Source: Anthoceros angustus
Lineage: Eukaryota; Plantae; Anthocerotophyta
Length of the DNA: 64,000 nucleotides
Reading direction: 5' to 3'
Assembly: GCA_010909165.1 (NCBI GenBank)
Contig: VJWM01000025.1
Location: 1,364,001 to 1,428,000, forward strand
Shown here: positions 23,840-38,000 of the stretch, one piece after another
Layout of the letters: each line of letters starts with the position of its first letter
How positions within the stretch are numbered: position 1 is the first letter of the stretch
The notes under the pieces: model-generated
Databases searched by the model: none
What the model was told of the DNA's origin: nothing
What the model saw: the letters and a program-made list of their open reading frames with translations, nothing else
Program-made: the position numbers and the translations under genes

Positions 23840-26800
23840 GAGAGGGGATTTTTAGATGACTGTTCGTTTTACAACGGAGGTTTTCAGCCCATGTATTATT
23901 TTCGTATAGATTTTAACACTTTACAACATGGGTATAGGGTTTTTGCAACATGCCGTATTTTTTTATGGGCTTTTTGATGACGTGGCACTCTTTACGTGCA
24001 TTTACAACACGGGTTTGCAAGATTACTACAGACTCTTGTTTTCAACTTATATTTTTTACAACGGCTATTCTTGTAACTACAACACGATGTTTGTTTATAA
24101 CAATGGCCGGAATTTTACAAAAGGTGGTTTACAACGTCTTAAACTACATTTACAACACGGGGTTTGTTTACAATGATGGCCTTTATTTTACTACAATATT
24201 TTTACAACAGGGAATACGCCTTTTACAACAGAGCGTCTTTTACAACAATGTCTGCTATTTTACAACGTTTCTTTTACAACAGGGAATACGCTCCTTACAG
24301 CGGGACGTCTTTTACAACAATACCCGGTATTTTACATTACTTCTTTTACAACGCCCAAAACTACATCTACAATACGAGCTTTGTTTACAATGATGGCCTT
24401 TGTTTTACTACAACACTTTTACATTAGGGACTACACCTTTTACAACGGAGCATCTTTTACAACAATGTATGGTGTTTTACAATGGTTCTTCTACAACATA
24501 GATTACGCTTTTTACAATGGGGTGCCTTTTACAACAATGCCGTAGTTTATCATTTTTACAATACAATACCCTTTTTACAACGAGACGTCTATTACAACAA
24601 TGGGTGGAATTTTATAACAGAGTTATTTACAACACACAAATCCATATTAACAATATAATTTAGGTTTTTTCTTAATGTTTTAAACTATCCGTTGTTACTT
24701 CCATAGTAAATGCTTATTTTTTTAGAACATAATTCAGGGTTTTTCATAACATCTTAAACTATTAGTTGTTTCTTTCGTAGTAAATGCTTGTTGTTTTAAC
24801 ATGCCACATCCATTTACCAACTATGGCAATTATAATACTTTATTATTTTGAATGATTGTTCTAATTTGTGTTGTGAAATAGAGATGTTGTTAAATTAGCC
24901 ACCTTTTTCACAACAAGTGTGAGCGAAACACTTATATGATGGTAACTTGAATTGTAATTGATGCTGTAAAAATGTAAAACATAGTTCTCTATTGCAATGC
25001 ACAGTCTATGAACAACATGCATTGTTTATGAATTGAGTATGCTTTTCCTTTCAAACAACTTGGAATACAAGATAACAAACTCAAGGAGAATTTCAAGTGT
25101 TACATGGACAGACAATCAAAAGGTGGAACCAAAGAATAAGACGTACTATGCATCATTATCAACTTCAAAACGATAATGCTCTCCACGCACTAGTCCCAAC
25201 AACCACCTTAATGTCATAGAGAAAAGTCTGAACTAATTTTGGTGACACAAGGGTAAAGGGTTCATCTTGGACTCTTGGAGAAGGATAAACAGAATTGGGA
25301 TTCACAATGTGCATTCAAGATGTGTCCTTCTTCAATCCCTTGTTGTGATCATTCGCGTCTTCATAAACAGGTTTGAACCACTTTACTTTCAAGAAATTTG
25401 CGGTTGTTGATAGCCCAAAGTCAACCTGTATAATTCAATTCAACACATCTAAACAGCTGTTGAATTCGTGGCTTTAGTGGGAAATACCTAAAACCTTGTT
25501 TGGCACATAAGGACCTTTTGTATCCGGACGATATCTACTCTTGTTACAAAACAAACATTTTTAACCTCCTTATCCTCGTATTCACCCATGAACAACATGC
25601 AATCATCAGGACATGCATGAATCTTCAGGAAAGTAAACCCAAATGCATTCAACATTAACCGTAACTCATCCTTGCTATGGGGAAGCTTGTTCCCTTTTGG
25701 AAGGGCCTCAGTTGACAAAAGTTTCAATAAGGCATTGAAGCTGGTATTAGAAATGCTACCCTTCATTTGCCAATTGAGCAACAACATTACAAAAGAAAGC
25801 AATGATATGTTTGCTCCCAGCGAGGATGCTTGGCAGACGGAGAAACCTGGATCAAACCTTCCTTTGTTCCAGGCGGGTGGGTGGGTGGCTTGTTGTATGC
25901 CACCGCGTGGGTGGGTGGCTTACTGTATGCAGGAACGAGGACGGGAATCCTAGATGTGATGTTTCTTCAAGGTGGTGTGTTTGTGCTAGGAGCAGGTGAA
26001 CCAGGAGTTGCATCACGATACAAATGTTTTATTGCGTGATGAGGGTTGGAAATTCCTGACAGTCAAGCAGCAGGTCTTGAGTCCATCCTCAACATAAAGG
26101 GAAGTCACTTATCATTGGGAGGGGGTAATGAAGTGGAGAGTGCTTTTCCCACTCCTGGGAGAACTCCACTTCCTTCTGTGGTTCGAGGTCCAAACAACAA
26201 GAGAGTGAGGGTAGATGCACAGGAGGGGCATATTGCACCACAAAAGGAAGAACCAGAGCCACGTGAGGCCCGATTTTTGACGCCTCATTCTTGGTTCCAC
26301 AGAGGACATATGTCCCATGACAGTGCATGTCTCCTCCTTGTCCAGTAGTCTCTAATATAGCTGGTTTCGTCATGTCATGTCTTTGGGTGCCTAGATTTAT
26401 ATTCTAATTTTAGTCATGTGATTCAGTGCATTCTGTCCAGCCTAAATTATTGTGTTGTTATTGCAGGCTGGATCAAGCATGATTTTGACTCCTTTCTACA
26501 CATGAAGGACCAATGTCATTGGAGCATGAAGTTTTTTTGCAATCCTCTTTGTCTATCTTGATGATGAGCCAGCAACCAAGTTACTGTGGAGACTAACCTC
26601 CTGAGGGTGTGACCTTGGGAAATGGAGGCTATTACATTGCAGTTTTTCTCTAATACCTCCTTGAAATTTTGAAGGAACAATCTTAGGAGCTCAGCCCATG
26701 GTTTTCTAGCCGGGGTGAAGAAGAGCAAGCCCAAGTCCGTGAAGGAGGAGCATTGGCAAGTCCTCCTCTAGCAAGAGAGGGACAAGATAGATGGAGTAGT

Positions 26801-28117
26801 CGCCCCCTCCCAGCAAAAGATGGTTGCGGCGAGAAGGAAAGAGGCTGGAGATATCCAGACTCATGCTTTTTTTGGTTTGGGTGGTCAGAAAGGTCTTGTG
26901 GCTTGTTTTAAGCGCACGTTTGAAAGGGATCTCACCCACCGAAATTGAGGTGGGCACGAAACCCCGCAATTGGCTAAAAAGCTTGCGCCTATTGGAAGGA
27001 GTCTTCCATGCCAAGACCTCGTGTGGTTCCCATGTTTGATCGAAAAGGAAGAAGGAGAAGGCTCACCATGTGGAATGATTTGAGAGGTGCTGGCTATTCT
27101 ATGAGAAAGTGTGATGAGGAGGTCATGCAGGCAATCTTGAACAAGAGTGTGCAGGATGATGGCTTTTGGTGAATCATTGAATCCACGCCGGCATGAGAAG
27201 GAGTAGAAACCGATTCGATTGTTGGTATTGGACTCACCTCAATGTACCTTGTTTGAAACCTGAGTTGGTTGTTGATAAGATGTTGATGTTCACTTTCATG
27301 ATCCCATTTTGCAAGCTAGTCGTGTGTTTAGGGTGGAGGAATGAAGAAGGAATCCAGAATGTAGGTCTCAGATGCTTCTCTTAAAGTAGACCAATGTAGA
27401 GTTCAGGCACCGAGAGTATTAATAAGAAGCATTCTCAGGGGCATTTTGGGGAACTTGACTATAGCCCTACATATTGTTTGCAACAAAGATATTGAGAAAT
27501 TATTTTTATATTTTACAACAATTAATATCAAAATTTACAACGGAATTAAAAGGAGAATTTACAATGGAATTAAAAGGAGAATTTGAAACAATTAAAAGGA
27601 GAATTTACAATAATTAATTAAAAGGAGAATTTACAATAAAATTAAAACGGAATTTACAACGGAATTTAAAGCCGAATTTACAATGGAAAGTTGTTGGCGG
27701 AAAATGGTTTGAATTTTTGGCGGGAATTGGTTTTGAATTTTAAACCCCGTAATTAATTAACTATAGTTATAATACTTGAGTTAATTAACTCTAGTTACTT
27801 AATTCCGATTAAAAAAACATAGTTAATTAAGCATTGTTAATTAACCAGAAGATGTTAACCATAATTAGTTTGTTGTAAATTGCATATTATAATGTCCAAT
27901 AGTAGATATTTTGTTGTAACTTCCAGTAGTAAATGATCTACTGTAATTTGTGGTAGTAGATATCCTATTGTAGTTTATAGTAGTAAATAACTTATTATAA
28001 AATCTAGTTGTAAATATCCTGATGTAATATGTAGTAGTAAATATCCTGTTGCAATATCTAGTAGTAAATTATCCTTTTGTAACGCGTAGTAATAAAATAC
28101 GTGTAGTAATGTACAGT
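23840..28117. mobile_element. CACTA/En-Spm-like remnant with TTTACAAC-type subterminal repeat arrays and deleted transposase fragments
   Basis: Minus strand about 25050-25800: LPKGNKLP..KIHACPDDCMLF, KVLRYFPLKPRIQQLF and DUF4216-like KVKWFKPV..DEPFTL. Plus strand about 26460-27200: KPKSVKEEHWQVL..AARRK..THAFFGLGG (Ptta/Transposase_24-like). Dense TTTACAAC arrays at 23870-24700 and 27500-27700. No CACTA terminus seen. Confidence 0.7.
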
Positions 28118-29530
28118 TGTAATAGGGTTACTAACACGAGAGCGATGTATTTGTGCGCACACACATATATGCTCTTATGGTTGAATAATTAGAAGAATGA
28201 TTTCTCAAAAGTACAAAAGTGTTTTTATACTAAACCCTAATACGAAAAGTCATCTGGATATGTAATGCTTAAACATACCTAAACTACGTCGAAGGTTTAC
28301 TAACCCTAACACTCCCTCTTAAACGAGACTAGTTTAACTGAACAACATTGTATGTTGCGCTTAAACCCTGTACCCGTTCCAAGTGATGCCATCGTACATC
28401 CGTATCGTCTTGGCGGTGGGGCGTAGCCATCATCATACAGAACACAGGCTCCACGCCCAAAGCCCGAGAGTAAAGACTGAACGCTTCAGCTTAAGATGAC
28501 GAACCTCGCGGTAGCATTGGCAGTGTTCCAGCTTTCCGTTTTCTACATCCTCAATCTGGATTGTCATCATGAGGACAAGAAGCGGGAAACTATACACAGC
28601 TAGCGCACCAACGGGGAGTAGAAGGAGGATCAGAGCAGCTGCAAATAGCAGACGGGAAACTAGATCCGCACAGATTCCACAAACAACTGAGACAGGAGAT
28701 TGGGACGAGACACTGCTACGTCTGCCTAGGTCAGTAGGTCTCTCTCAACACGCCCTCGCTTGAGGAAATTAGGTCCGACTGCTCCCTCTCGGCCAAGAAT
28801 ACCCAAAGGTCCCATCGGGACATCTCGAGGAAGCTCGGGTTCGTCCTCTCAGGGAAACCATCGTACTTATGGATCGCCTGAAGAGTGCATATCACTTGGA
28901 GGTAGATGCAGTCAAGAAGGAGGACTCGGAGGGATAACGAACAACAGGTGATTGGGTTTGCATGAAGCTTCATCCACCTGTGCCCATTGGCTGTTTCTTG
29001 TTGGTACTAAGCACACGTTTGTATGTGACAGGTAGTAGCCTCGTTGGTGAGAGAGGCACATCTTAGAATTCGGAATTCCAACTAAGGAGCTTTTTCTCCC
29101 CACCCCCCCAACATCAGATAAGTCTAGGAGACTATCCTGTTTTTGGGTCGAAGTATGCTGAGAAGTCGACCAGCCCAAGGCCTACCATTTGAAAATAGTG
29201 CTTGTGTTTGGACAAAGCTTTAGTCAAGATGTATGCAGTATTTTCTTCTGTAGGAACATAGGCAACTTTCACTGCTCCTTTAGCAACCACATCACGGTTA
29301 TAGTGATGCTGTATTTCAATGTGTTTTGTCCTTGCATGGAACCTTGAGTTAGCAACAAGGTCCAAGGTCTTTGAAATATTATCACACCGTATTGTCCGTA
29401 GGTTGCCACTTGTTGGCCAATGCTGGCGAGGAAAGAGCGTTCCCATTCTACCTCCTTCGAGGCCCCGGTAAGACTCTTATACTCAGTGGATGATAACGCT
29501 ACCGTAAGAGTTTCGCCCAGCTGATGACCA
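28118..29530 (-). mobile_element. Copia element C 3' end: RNase H, 3' region, PPT, 3' LTR (duplicated at 37899-39276)
   Basis: VNWSSKKQTTVALSSTEAEYKSL, RFHARTKHIEIQHHY and ILTKAL. On the minus strand, PPT AAGAGGGAG is followed by TGTTAGGG. The LTR is 28311-28118. Confidence 0.85.
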
Positions 29531-32075
29531 GGAATGGGTTTTTGCATCCAAAGACGCAAGGAGGCTATTTACCCTCTATGTCGTTATAGTCCTAGGATTC
29601 GATCCCAAGGGAATGGTTTTGTGTCAAGATGTTCCAAGCTAAGGATTTTAACTCTACTACGGTTTGGTTTTACCCACCGCAACCCACTACTACTTCCCGA
29701 ACTCACCACCGGTAAGTTCGACCACCGCTGGTAGACTCCTACCCGCAGTATGGCGGACTCAGCCATTGCGGTGGGACCCACCTATCCTACCTCGTCTACT
29801 AGGGCCCCTGTTCCTCCGGAGATTCTAACCTCGCACCTAGATTCGCTAATTCTAGTTCACCTTCAGGAGCATCCACCCTAGAAACTCACGACCGACACCT
29901 ACTTTGGCCACTCACACCGCGGCGCCTCCACCGTCACCAATTCGCTCCGTTCTCTTACTTCCTTCCCAAACTCTCGAATACCCCCACACACACAAGCTAC
30001 ACTTACGACACCCTCTCATAGGCCACATGGGACCTCTCACCCCGGGCCGCACACCTCTACCCCGGCCACATGCTCCCTTTTCCTGCCACACAGGACCCAC
30101 CCTTCATAGAATGGAACACGATCCAGGATAAACAGTGCTTGGGAAGAAGAGGGAGGAAACAATTGTCAAGATTTGCCGTCACCGCTGATCTCCCTAACCT
30201 TATGCGGAAATTTCCTTCCAGCATGCACAGGCCCCTATCACTGGTCGCTCACGTGAGCTTGGCCACTCGACCACCTGTGGATCTTCCCACCTTCTTGTGA
30301 CGAGAGGCGGTTCAATCACCCATTGGTGATCGATCGCTCCAATCAACCTCGACAGACCGATACACTAAGCTCACACCGAATTTGTCTATCAAGAGAGACA
30401 GGGTGTCTTATACATCCACCGCAGATCACCACAACCACCCTCTCCAAAGGTCTAAAAAAATATGGCTAACCACCACGAGCGCACTCCACCAATTTAGGTG
30501 ACTACATCACGCATGATCTTTAAAACACCCTATCCCTAATCCAAGAAAAGGCCTTGACCTATGATGCCGCTCTAAAATCGGGCCATGTTGCCGCCCAGCC
30601 TCAAGGCCATGGAGTTCCTCGCCTCCCGCCACGCCTCGATCCGAACAATTCTCCTAAACTTCCACCTCACTTCTGCACCGGTTCCTTCGGCTCTCCGAGG
30701 GCGTGGCCCATTGCCTATATGCCTGCTTATTCCTCATCGCTGGACAGCCACACCGGCGCCTCCTCTCTCCACGCCTGCCTCCGCCTCGCCATCTCCTCAA
30801 GCACCACTTATGGGGGTAGGCCCCATCTTCAAGAAACCACCGTAGACGCCTGGCAGGTAAGATGTGTAGCTGTGAGCCGCCTCCCCGCCCCAACAACCAC
30901 AACCACATTTAGAGTGAGCACCTGGCCACCATGCAGTGCGTGTGACATGAGCATCCTCATCCAGACGTCAAGACAATACGCCTTTCGCATGTAGGTCCTT
31001 ACCTCTCCGCCTGCGTGGACAATCCTGAATCGGCCTCCCTAATCTGTGAGTTGTATCCCCACTGCAGCCTCGCTTGGTGGCTTCCCACCTCGCCTCCTTC
31101 CTACAGGCCGGCTAGCCACCTGGTAGTTGCTTTCCCACGGTGGTTGCTTCAGCCCATCGGTGGTGGCTCGCCTTCTTCTTTGGCCTCTTCTCAGCCTCAT
31201 CTCTCTCCCGCTTATATCTCTCCTTCTTGAATTTCTCCTGGTGCCACTGCCTCCACCCCGCTCTTGGACCTGTGGAAACCTCATTCCTGAGCTCCTCAAT
31301 CGTAGCGCGCCCTTTACTTGATTCACTAGGGCCTCCTATTGGGTGGACATGGCCCTTAGCTGCTCCTGTGCCTTGCACAATGCCTCCTCGACCTCCTGCG
31401 GTCCCTCACGCCTTTGTTCTCGCCCTCCAATCCCTCTAACTTTTCCTTGAGCAACTTCTCTTGTTGCCCCTGCACACTCAGCCAAGTGAGAGCCACGACT
31501 GCCTGGTCGAGAAGGTCCGCCTGGGTCTGAGCCATGGCAGAGGTTAGAGCTCAGATTCTAAATCAATGCCCTGCTCCCCTTCCACAATAACTCTGACCCG
31601 GCCGGCCACTGGCCCCGATACACTGGACAAATCAATGAGATATCTCCAAAATGCCCTTTGAGTTCACGCGAGCCTTGCTCAAATAAATTAACCCTTCCTC
31701 CCTAGGGATTGGTCTGCCTCCCTCATTCGTACTAAACTCCTCCCGGGCCATGACTCATCCTCCGCACTGTGAAGGGGGGACAACCTGCTTCCTTTTGCTT
31801 TCTCCTTCACCCAAGGCCCTTCATTGCTGGAATTGTGACCCCGGGTGTAGGGTTCCTCCTCATGCATTGCTCTTCCCTTTTGGTCAATTCTGTCATGCCG
31901 CCGCTCCTCCTCTACCCTTGGAAACCTCCCCACCTTCATCCGAATCTTCCGGAGAGGCCAACTCCTGGAATCCTTTCCTAAATCCTCCTTAGACTCCTCT
32001 TCTTCTACCTTGAGTTCCCCGACCGGCCTCCATATGAAGGCGCATACAACCTCCAACCCGCCATTGGACATCATA
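29531..32075 (-). mobile_element. Element X2: truncated inverted relative of LTR-like element X1 (duplicated at 39277-41865)
   Basis: Begins TGTGGAATGGGTTTTTGCATCC (clear in the 39277 copy), the reverse complement of the X1 end at 46702. Encodes the same coiled-coil remnant (ATIEELQNEVSRVQ..APLEKFKK). Confidence 0.7.
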
Positions 32076-35000
32076 CATTGGCGTAGATTGAGGACCTCTC
32101 ACAGAGAAAGAAGGAAACGTGCATGATTACGTGGAGATCACAGCATTGACTGCCCAAGTGAAAGGCTTTCCCGAGTTATGGAGCATCGTTGAGAGATGCT
32201 ACCAAGGCCATGGGTCAGCAGGACAACCAAGACAGTATTAGTTTCATGTAGTTATTGGGGCTTGGGGCTTTTGTGAAGAGCAAACACGCATGTGCTCTCA
32301 TTCCAACTCGTCAACTAAAAATGGACAAGGTGCTTTACAGCTCTAAGTCACGGCCTCCCCATACAAACAATAAACACAAGACTGGATACTCATATGCAGT
32401 TGGCCTTTCGAAAGACTCGAAACCAGGTCAAATCAAACGTGACCGCTCCTCGAATCAAAAGTGGATCTCGGGTCATTGAGCGAGAGCGAAAAAGAACTGG
32501 GACCGTAAACGGGCTGATCAATCCCAAAAGGTCATGTCGCTTTCCATGACAAAGGCCATCTTTCAAAGCTCAGTGTAAATGGTCACATGACAACTTTGTC
32601 TTACTTCCTCCAAGGCGGATAACTCCTGGTACTTGGACTCCGGAGCAACGATGCATATTTTCCACAATCGGAGTTTGATTAGCAACTTTGTTCCTCTTCA
32701 TACCTTTGAGAGGGTGCTGCTAGGTGATGAACTCACCTGTTCAGGTCTGAAGATTTTGGGCAAAGGTTCCTGTCACTTTCAGAACTCTAGTGGCTAGTGT
32801 TTCCAACTCGACGAGGTCCTTTATGTCCCTCGACATACAAGCACTTGTCACCACCGCCTTACTAAGTGCCTACACACTGACCTTTACCTCCACTGGCTGC
32901 AACATTTTTCAGATAGGTTCTGTTAAGTCGCTAGTTGCCAAGGGCCTCTTAGAGAATGACCTTTATCGTCTTGACATGACATGCGTCCCTGCCCGCAGCA
33001 TTCACCTGGTTGCTAAGTCCCAGCAAGTTTTAGCACAGCTTTGGCATGCCAGATTAGGTCATGCCAACCAAGACAAGCTGATCCGTATGTCTAGCCTCGA
33101 CTGCTATACGGAGCCCTTACCTAAATGTTTCAAAGAGCTACCTACCTTCACTTCTTGTATCGTCGCTAAGCAGAAAGAGCTTCCTTTTCCCTCTACCCCT
33201 GCATATCGGACTTCCACGCTTTTAGAACTTGTCCATGCTGACATTTCTGGGAAGATCCATGTGGCATCACTCGGAGGTTCTCTTTATTATCTGACTGTGG
33301 AAGACCACATGTGTACTAACCCCGCTCCCAAGTGTCAGGATGAACGATTTTTTTTTGTTTTGGATGTGTTAGAATAGCAAAGTGCTTTGAGAATCATCTG
33401 AGTCTTTATACGGAATGGTCCTTGGCCCTTGGAGATAATAATAATTTTTCGACCCTTAGGTTTGACCTAGAGGGTGGGTAGAAATAGAGTCCTTGGGTAT
33501 TGGGAATTTTAGAATAAAAGGTGTCTATATATGCTAGGATGCTCACAATATGCCATTGAGTAGTCAAGGGGTGGTGGCTAGTTCCACCACGGTGGCCGAG
33601 AAACGGACGCATGCACTGTGGGAATTTACAACCCTAGTGAGCGGACTACTACCACGGAGCGAACCGGGAGAAGGGCACACCCAAAGATCGCGAGGTCGCG
33701 ACTTTCCGTGAGGGGCAATGGAGCGAGTCAGCAAGAGGGGCGCACGCAACGACGCCAGCCAAATCACCGCCGGCAGGAGGAAGGGCGACGATCGTGACAG
33801 AAAGGCGCGGAGGAGAGAAATCGCCGCAAGTTCGCGAGGAGGCGGAAGGAGCGCGCGAGGGCGGCTTCGATTTTTTTCTCTTCCCGACCGTAACTGCAGG
33901 GTAGTCGAGGTTTTGTTTTGGGAAACAACGAGAAGGAGATGGCGCCCGAGCCGCAAATTACTCACGCAGCGGGCCCAACATGGACCATGGAGAGAGGGTA
34001 GCGCAGAGCTCAAGTTCATGGAGAAGAAATGGTGCTACACCGCATTGGTGCAAGAGTGCAATTAAGGACCAAGTCGCAAGAGGGTGACGCGAGGAAAAGG
34101 CCGCAGAATCTGGCCCTTTTCGAGCGTAAGGGCGAGAAGCATCAAGATGGGAGCTTGGTGATTGACCTCAGCCGAAAGAAGACCTTGAAAGCAGCAGCCG
34201 CGCCATGAAGCCTCGGGAAGTGAGAGGAATAATGGTCGGGTGACTCGCCAACTCGGTTCACCGGTGGATTGGCCAAATGGATTTTGTGTTTCCTACGTAA
34301 CCTAAGTCGGATCATATGGCGGATCACTTCTGGTTTTTCTTCACGAGGTGGTCAAGGGTACACAAATTGATTGGGGAGGATGATTTTCGAAAGAGCCTGA
34401 GGAGAGGAGAAGGCGACTTATTTCTCTCTTCCCTCGGCCCTCCTTGATTTCGCCTTTTCCGATTCATGTATTTGCGCATTCCGTGTTTAACTGAGTTGAA
34501 GTCGGTCCGCCCGCATGGTTGGAAGCCGTGGAACCCAAGGTAGAAGAGGAGGAATTGAAGGAGGATTGCAAGGATTCCAAGCTGGGAGTGCGCCTCGAAG
34601 GTTCTAAGAGGGTGGGAAGTTTCCAAGGGTAAGAAGCGGCGGCGGCACGAACGGAAGGGGAGGACAACAGAAGCAGAGGAGGAACCCATACCACACCTGT
34701 GGTCACCAAGACCAGCAGAACGTAAAGGAGGAGAAAATAAAGGGAATGGCAAGTTGCTCCTGTGTGGATGAATTTAGGGGAGAATGAAGCGGGAAGAGGC
34801 AGGCATCAACCCCTAGGAGAGGAGGGGTTAACTTCACGAGACCGCAACGAGCTCCGGACATTTTTGGCGACATTTCACCGAACCGTCTACCGAGGTGGGA
34901 TAGGAGACACCGATACGAGAATTGTTGTGGAGGCGGATGGGCAAAGGGACAGCCCAATTTGGGGATTTGCGGTGGTTTGACTTCGCCATGGCAGACGCAG

Positions 35001-38000
35001 TGATCTCCTCGATCACCCATGGCTCTCACCGGCCGAGTGTGCAAGGCCAAGGAGAAGTTGCTCAAGGAGAAGTTGGAAAGCCTGAAGAGCAAGGCGGCCG
35101 AGGAGCGCAGACGGAGTGCGGCCTTATGCAAGGCATGGAGCAAGGGACATGTCCACTCAGAGGCTTTAGTAAATCAGTCAAGGGGCGATGCTACAATTGA
35201 AGAGCTTCAAGATGAGGTCTCGCGAGTCCAGAGTGTGGAAGCGATGGCGCCTTTGGAGAAATTCAAGAAGTCATGAGAGGTACAAGCGGAAAGAGACGGT
35301 TAGCCGAGTCAAGAGAGAGGTGGCCAAACCAAGAAAGGCCGAGCAACAACCACCGCAGGAGCCAAGCAACCACCGTGGAAGAACCACCACGGTGGCTAAA
35401 CCAGCCACCGTGGAACGGGAACCGAGGTGGGGAAGTCACCTGTGAGTGTCGCAGATGGAGGGATGATCCTGAGAATCAACAGCACCGCCTGGATTGTCCA
35501 CGGAGGAGAGGGTAAGGACCTCTCAGATCGAAGGGCGACAGTTACGGCGTCCGGATGAGGATGCTCATGTCCTCGGCTCGCCGCATGGTGAGCGTGCTCA
35601 CTCTAAACGTGTATGTGGTTGTTGGGACAGAGGGGCGTAAACCACCGGTCAGACATCTTGACCGCCACAGCGCTACTGCTGGTTCCTTCGAGTAGGAGCG
35701 CCATCCTCCGCAAGTGGTGCCGGAAGAGATGAGCGAGGCGCAGCGAGCATGGAGGAGGAGACACGTATGGTTGTCCAAATGAGGAGGAGCGGACAATGGA
35801 CATAGAGGACAAAGGCAACGCCCTGGAAGGCGCGAGGGAAAAAAGGAGAGTGAGGTGGAGGTTGTGGGGAAAATCGCCGACTGGAGAGGCCAAGAGCGAG
35901 AGGGGTCCCCATGGCAGGGCGAGGCAAAGAATCGCGAGGCGGCAGCTGATTTTAGGGGAGTCGCGATAGCCTAGGACCGGGTTTTTCAAAGCGAGGATAG
36001 GGAGTTCCATCACCGAGAGTCTTGTTGCTTAGATTGGTAAGGCGCCGTGGTAGGAGCTACAATTTTAGACACTAAAGAGAAGTGAGCCGTGTTGGACCAC
36101 CCAGATGTATAAGAGACCCTTTGGGTGTCTCTCAAAGATGCACGATTTCGTGTGAACTTCCGTATCGAACCGTGGGGTTGATTGAGACGTCAAGATCAAA
36201 CGGGTTCGACCGCCTTCGTCACAAGAAGGCCGGAAGATCTCGGATGGTCGAGAGAGTGGCCAAGCTCCACGCCTGGGTAACGGAAGGTAGGCGAAAAGAG
36301 GTAGGAATTGCCGGCCGAGGCGGAACCGCCGGAAGGCGAATCGCCCAAGCACGACCGGGTTTTCTTCCCGATCCTCTTTCCAACCGCCACACTGTGTGTG
36401 TCATTCCATGAGAGAGGGGTCTGTGGGTGGCCCAAGGAGGGGTCTGTGGCCCAAGGGGAGGGGTCTGTGGCCCGTGAGACGAGGGAGAGTTCATTGGAAG
36501 GGGAAAGGTTCTGAGGGTCTCACCATGTGGTTTTCTAGCCGGGTGAAGAAGAGCAAGCCCAAGTCCGTGAAGGAGGAGCATTGGCAAGTCCTCCTAGCAA
36601 GAGAGGGACAAGATAGATGGAGAGTCGCCTCCCAAGAAAAGATGGTCCGAGAAGGAAAGAGGCCGAGATACTCGACTCATGCTTTTTTGGTTTGGGTGGT
36701 CGAAAGGTTTTGTGGCTCGTTTTAAGCGCGTTTGAAAGGGATCCCACCCACTGAAATTGAGGTGACCAAAGAAATTGGCTAAAAAGCTTGCTGCCTATTG
36801 GAAGGAGTCTTCCATGCCAAGACCTCGTGTGGTTCTATGTTTGATCGAAGAAGGAGAAGGCAAATCACCATGTGGAATGATTTGAGAGGTGCTGGCTATT
36901 CTATGAGAAGAGTGTGATGAGGAGGTCATGCAGCAATCTTGAACAAGAGTGCAGGATGATGGCTTTTGGTGAATCATTGAATCCACGGCATGAGAAGGAG
37001 TAGAAACCGATTCGATTGTTGGTATTGACTCACCTCAATGTACCTTGTTTGAAACCTGAGTTGGTTGTTGATAAGATGTTGATGTTCACTTTCATGATCC
37101 CATTTTGCAAGCTAGTCGGTGTTTAGGGTGGAGGAATGAAGAAGGAATCCAGAAATGTAGGTCTCAGATGCTTCTCTTAAAGTAGACCAATGTAGAGTTC
37201 GTAACGAGAGTATTAATAAGAAAGCATTCTAGGGGCATTTTTGGGGAACTTGACTATAGCCCTACATATTGTTTGCAATAAGATAAAGTAAATTATTTTT
37301 ATATATTTTACAACAATTTATCAATAATTAATATCAAAATTTACAACGGAATTAAAAGGAGAATTTACAATGGAGTTAAAAAGGAGAATTTGAAACTGAA
37401 TTAAGGAGGATTTACAACAGAATTAAAAGGAGAATTTACAATAAAATTAAAAAGGAATTTACAAGGAATTTAAATAGAATTTACAATGGAAATTGTTAAA
37501 AGGAAATGGTTTGAATTATGGAATTGGTTTGAATTTTAAACCAGTAATTAATTAACTATAGTTAATACTTGAGTTAATTAACTAGTTACTTAACCGATTA
37601 AAAATAGTTAACTAAGCATTGTTAATTAACCAGAAGATGTTAACCATGATTAGTTTGTTGTAAATTGCATATTATAATGTCCAATAGTAGATGTTTTGTT
37701 GTAACTTCCAAAGAGTAAATGATCTAATTTATGGTAGTAGATATCCTATTGTAGTTTATAGTAGTAAATAACTTATTATAAAATCTAGTTGTAAATATCC
37801 TGATGTAATATGTAGTAGTAAATATCCTGTTGCAATATCTAGTAGTAAATTATCCTTTTGTAACGCGTAGTAATAAAATACGTGTAGTAATGTACAGTTG
37901 TAATAGGGTTACTAACACGAGAGCGATGTATTTGTGCGCACACACATATATGCTCTTATGGTTGAATAATTAGAAGAATGATTTCTCAAAAGTACAAAAG

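Noticed and set aside
23870-24700. TTTACAAC array as a CRISPR-like array or coding region
   Set aside because: The repeats are 8-9 bp with irregular spacing and no unique spacers or cas genes. They fit CACTA-type subterminal repeats, and the ORFs there are repeat artefacts.
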